Of a stretch of DNA of 64,000 bases, positions 62,015 to 64,000 are shown one piece after another; position 1 is the first letter of the stretch, and the number at the start of each line of letters is the position of its first letter. This stretch comes from Ascidiella aspersa (lineage: Eukaryota). Below the pieces are notes generated by a model, which searched no databases, was not told the DNA's origin, and saw nothing but the letters and a program-made list of their open reading frames with translations. Location: contig OZ004608.1 in assembly GCA_963924565.1 (NCBI GenBank), positions 12,710,001-12,774,000 of the forward strand, written 5' to 3'. Position numbers and translations under genes: made by a program.

Positions 62015-64000
62015 CGTGCATGGGATATTATTCAAGGGGTGTCTATTTAACTGATTTGTACAGTCACTTGAGTGGTTCTTTATTTTTTAAAACAGTTTGC
62101 TTTCTAAAAAATTCACATATTTTCATTTCCTTGTTTAAAACGGAGATGAAAATGTTCTTTAAGTGTACTTATAAGCAAATTCAAAATGTTTTTTTTACAT
62201 TACATAAATGCTTGCCAAGTGAAGCTTTTCGAACACTTCGGTGTTGGCTAAAAGGCAAATTATCAATTTTTAAAGGATTTTTTTGTGTTTTTACATTTTT
62301 GTTCATTTCTATTTAAAGCTGATTGCACACTCATTTTCCCTGTAGCAAATTACAATCGTTACAAACCTTTGTAATTATAAAAATTGACATAATAGCAGAT
62401 TTTGCATCCCCGAAAATTAAATGTCTTGGTGTCACTTCATTTTATATGAATTACCTTATATTAAAATTAACCACTGCTTTGTAGTATTTGCTTTGTATAG
62501 AAAACTATATACCTCTCCATATTTCGTGGAGAAATAAGTATTTTCGCCTAACATACGTTATTTTTTTAAATTCACCAACAATAAAATGTCCTTGAATGTT
62601 CTTTTGAACAACCCTGTTTAAACTGTTTACTGTTAAAGAACAGTGATATTAAAAGTTAAGTGAATACTAAAATTGTGTTACAGTGTTTTAAATAACTTAA
62701 TATTTTTTGTGTTCGACACCTTTCCACGTCGGATTATTAGGCACGCCAGACGCTTGCATAAAATAAATACACGTTAGACAAGCGCATAAACTGTTGTTGC
62801 ACTTTATAAACCATTTGCGTTGGCCATATGCAGGGACGGCTGCACGATTTTCGTTTGTGGATGGGGTGATAACATTTAAAGAATGTCGTCAAAAAATTAC
62901 GTCATAATGTTGGAAATTCGTCCGATGATGAACAATATAAAGTTATATTAATCTCAGTAAATCTTGCCTCCTTTATATTCAACAAGTCGGTGTCTATGCT
63001 TGATGAACGTGGTGCAAATAAACATATATACGTATAGGCTTGCCCTTTTTTAGAAACGTAAATCCGGGACGCATATTGAAAACTGCAAATAAACTTAATG
63101 TAGACCTAATACAAAATAATTTAATGCAAATAATTAAGTCAACGGGGTTGCGCTTATTTTATATTTTGTCAGGGGGTATTTTTCAGGGCCGTATTTTTAA
63201 GGGTGGTTTGTGTAATTTAAATTGTAACCGAAAGTAATGTTCCGTATTGTGTGTAAAACGGGTAGAGTAAATACTTTCTCACAGTTAAAGTAGTATGCGG
63301 CCCTTGTGCAAGCAGTAACAATATTAGGCTGTACATTGGCAAAGGTGCTGTGCCCATAACAAATTCGTATTTCCCGGGCCAAATCATTCTCAAGCATATG
63401 TTAAACAAAATGTAAGATTCAATCAAGCTGGCCTCTTAAAACTATTATGGTACTTATTATGTTGTACTCTGCGTCTTTTGCTTGTTATTGCTGATGATTT
63501 AAAAAGGTAAAATTTACCATGTTACTAAATAGTGTCACGGATAGCGTAATATCATTTCTTAAGTGCTAAATAGTGTGTAAAGTCGTAAATATTTAACATT
63601 TTCTAAGCAAAACTTATAATTTCTCTAATCGTTAATTATTATACAGAATATATGTTGGTCTTCCTTCCCTTGGCTATTTTTGTCTGATTTGATGAAATGG
63701 GTTCACCGTAAATGATTCCCCACAAATGGAGTCACATTTTAGCATTTAATCAGATGGCTTGTTATAAATTATCGCATTTATCTGCGTGACTGTGAAACAT
63801 CTAATTGTTCGTCTTGGCAAACTAAGATTTTACAATTTGTTGAAACAAAATTGCAAATAATTTGTTCTTATTTGAAATGAAACGACTAAATACCCAACGG
63901 ATAAGCACGTAAAACATCTGTTATGTAACGAAAACCAGTAACATATATTAAATAGAGAACCACTAACAAATGTAAAACCCTGTAGTTGTAGCAGCCAATG

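Noticed and set aside
63197-63426. Minus-strand ORFs as the last exon of a downstream gene
   Set aside because: No recognisable motif and a weak acceptor; cannot be supported without sequence beyond the window.

Overview
AT-rich, intron-containing animal genomic DNA. Short introns and the gene content suggest an invertebrate deuterostome, possibly an ascidian, but the taxon is an inference. The ORF track mostly shows exon fragments, so gene models were spliced by hand from GT-AG sites and intron phases. (1) 1-30.4 kb, + strand: a tandem array of a CUB-LDLa-trypsin module. It comprises a 5'-truncated multi-protease gene (protease-CUB-LDLa-protease-Thr stalk-CCP-Thr stalk), a decaying third module (two exons missing, conserved residues lost, frameshifted anchor), and a complete 13-exon gene (about 477 aa) with a signal peptide and a GPI-type C-terminus. 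(2) 32.3-49.1 kb, - strand: a 6-exon KAZALD1-like gene (IGFBP-N, Kazal, Ig; about 374 aa) with an extra N-terminal segment and an acidic Ser-Gly tail. Its 12-kb third intron hides an antisense pseudogene exon of the neighbouring rolling-stone-like gene, split by a 3-kb hAT insertion that carries a P-element transposase relic. (3) 53.7-62.0 kb, + strand: an intact 3-exon rolling stone (rost)-like multipass membrane protein gene (about 287 aa). Introns are dense in non-autonomous hAT and Harbinger elements, several with perfect 8-bp TSDs and nested inside one another.
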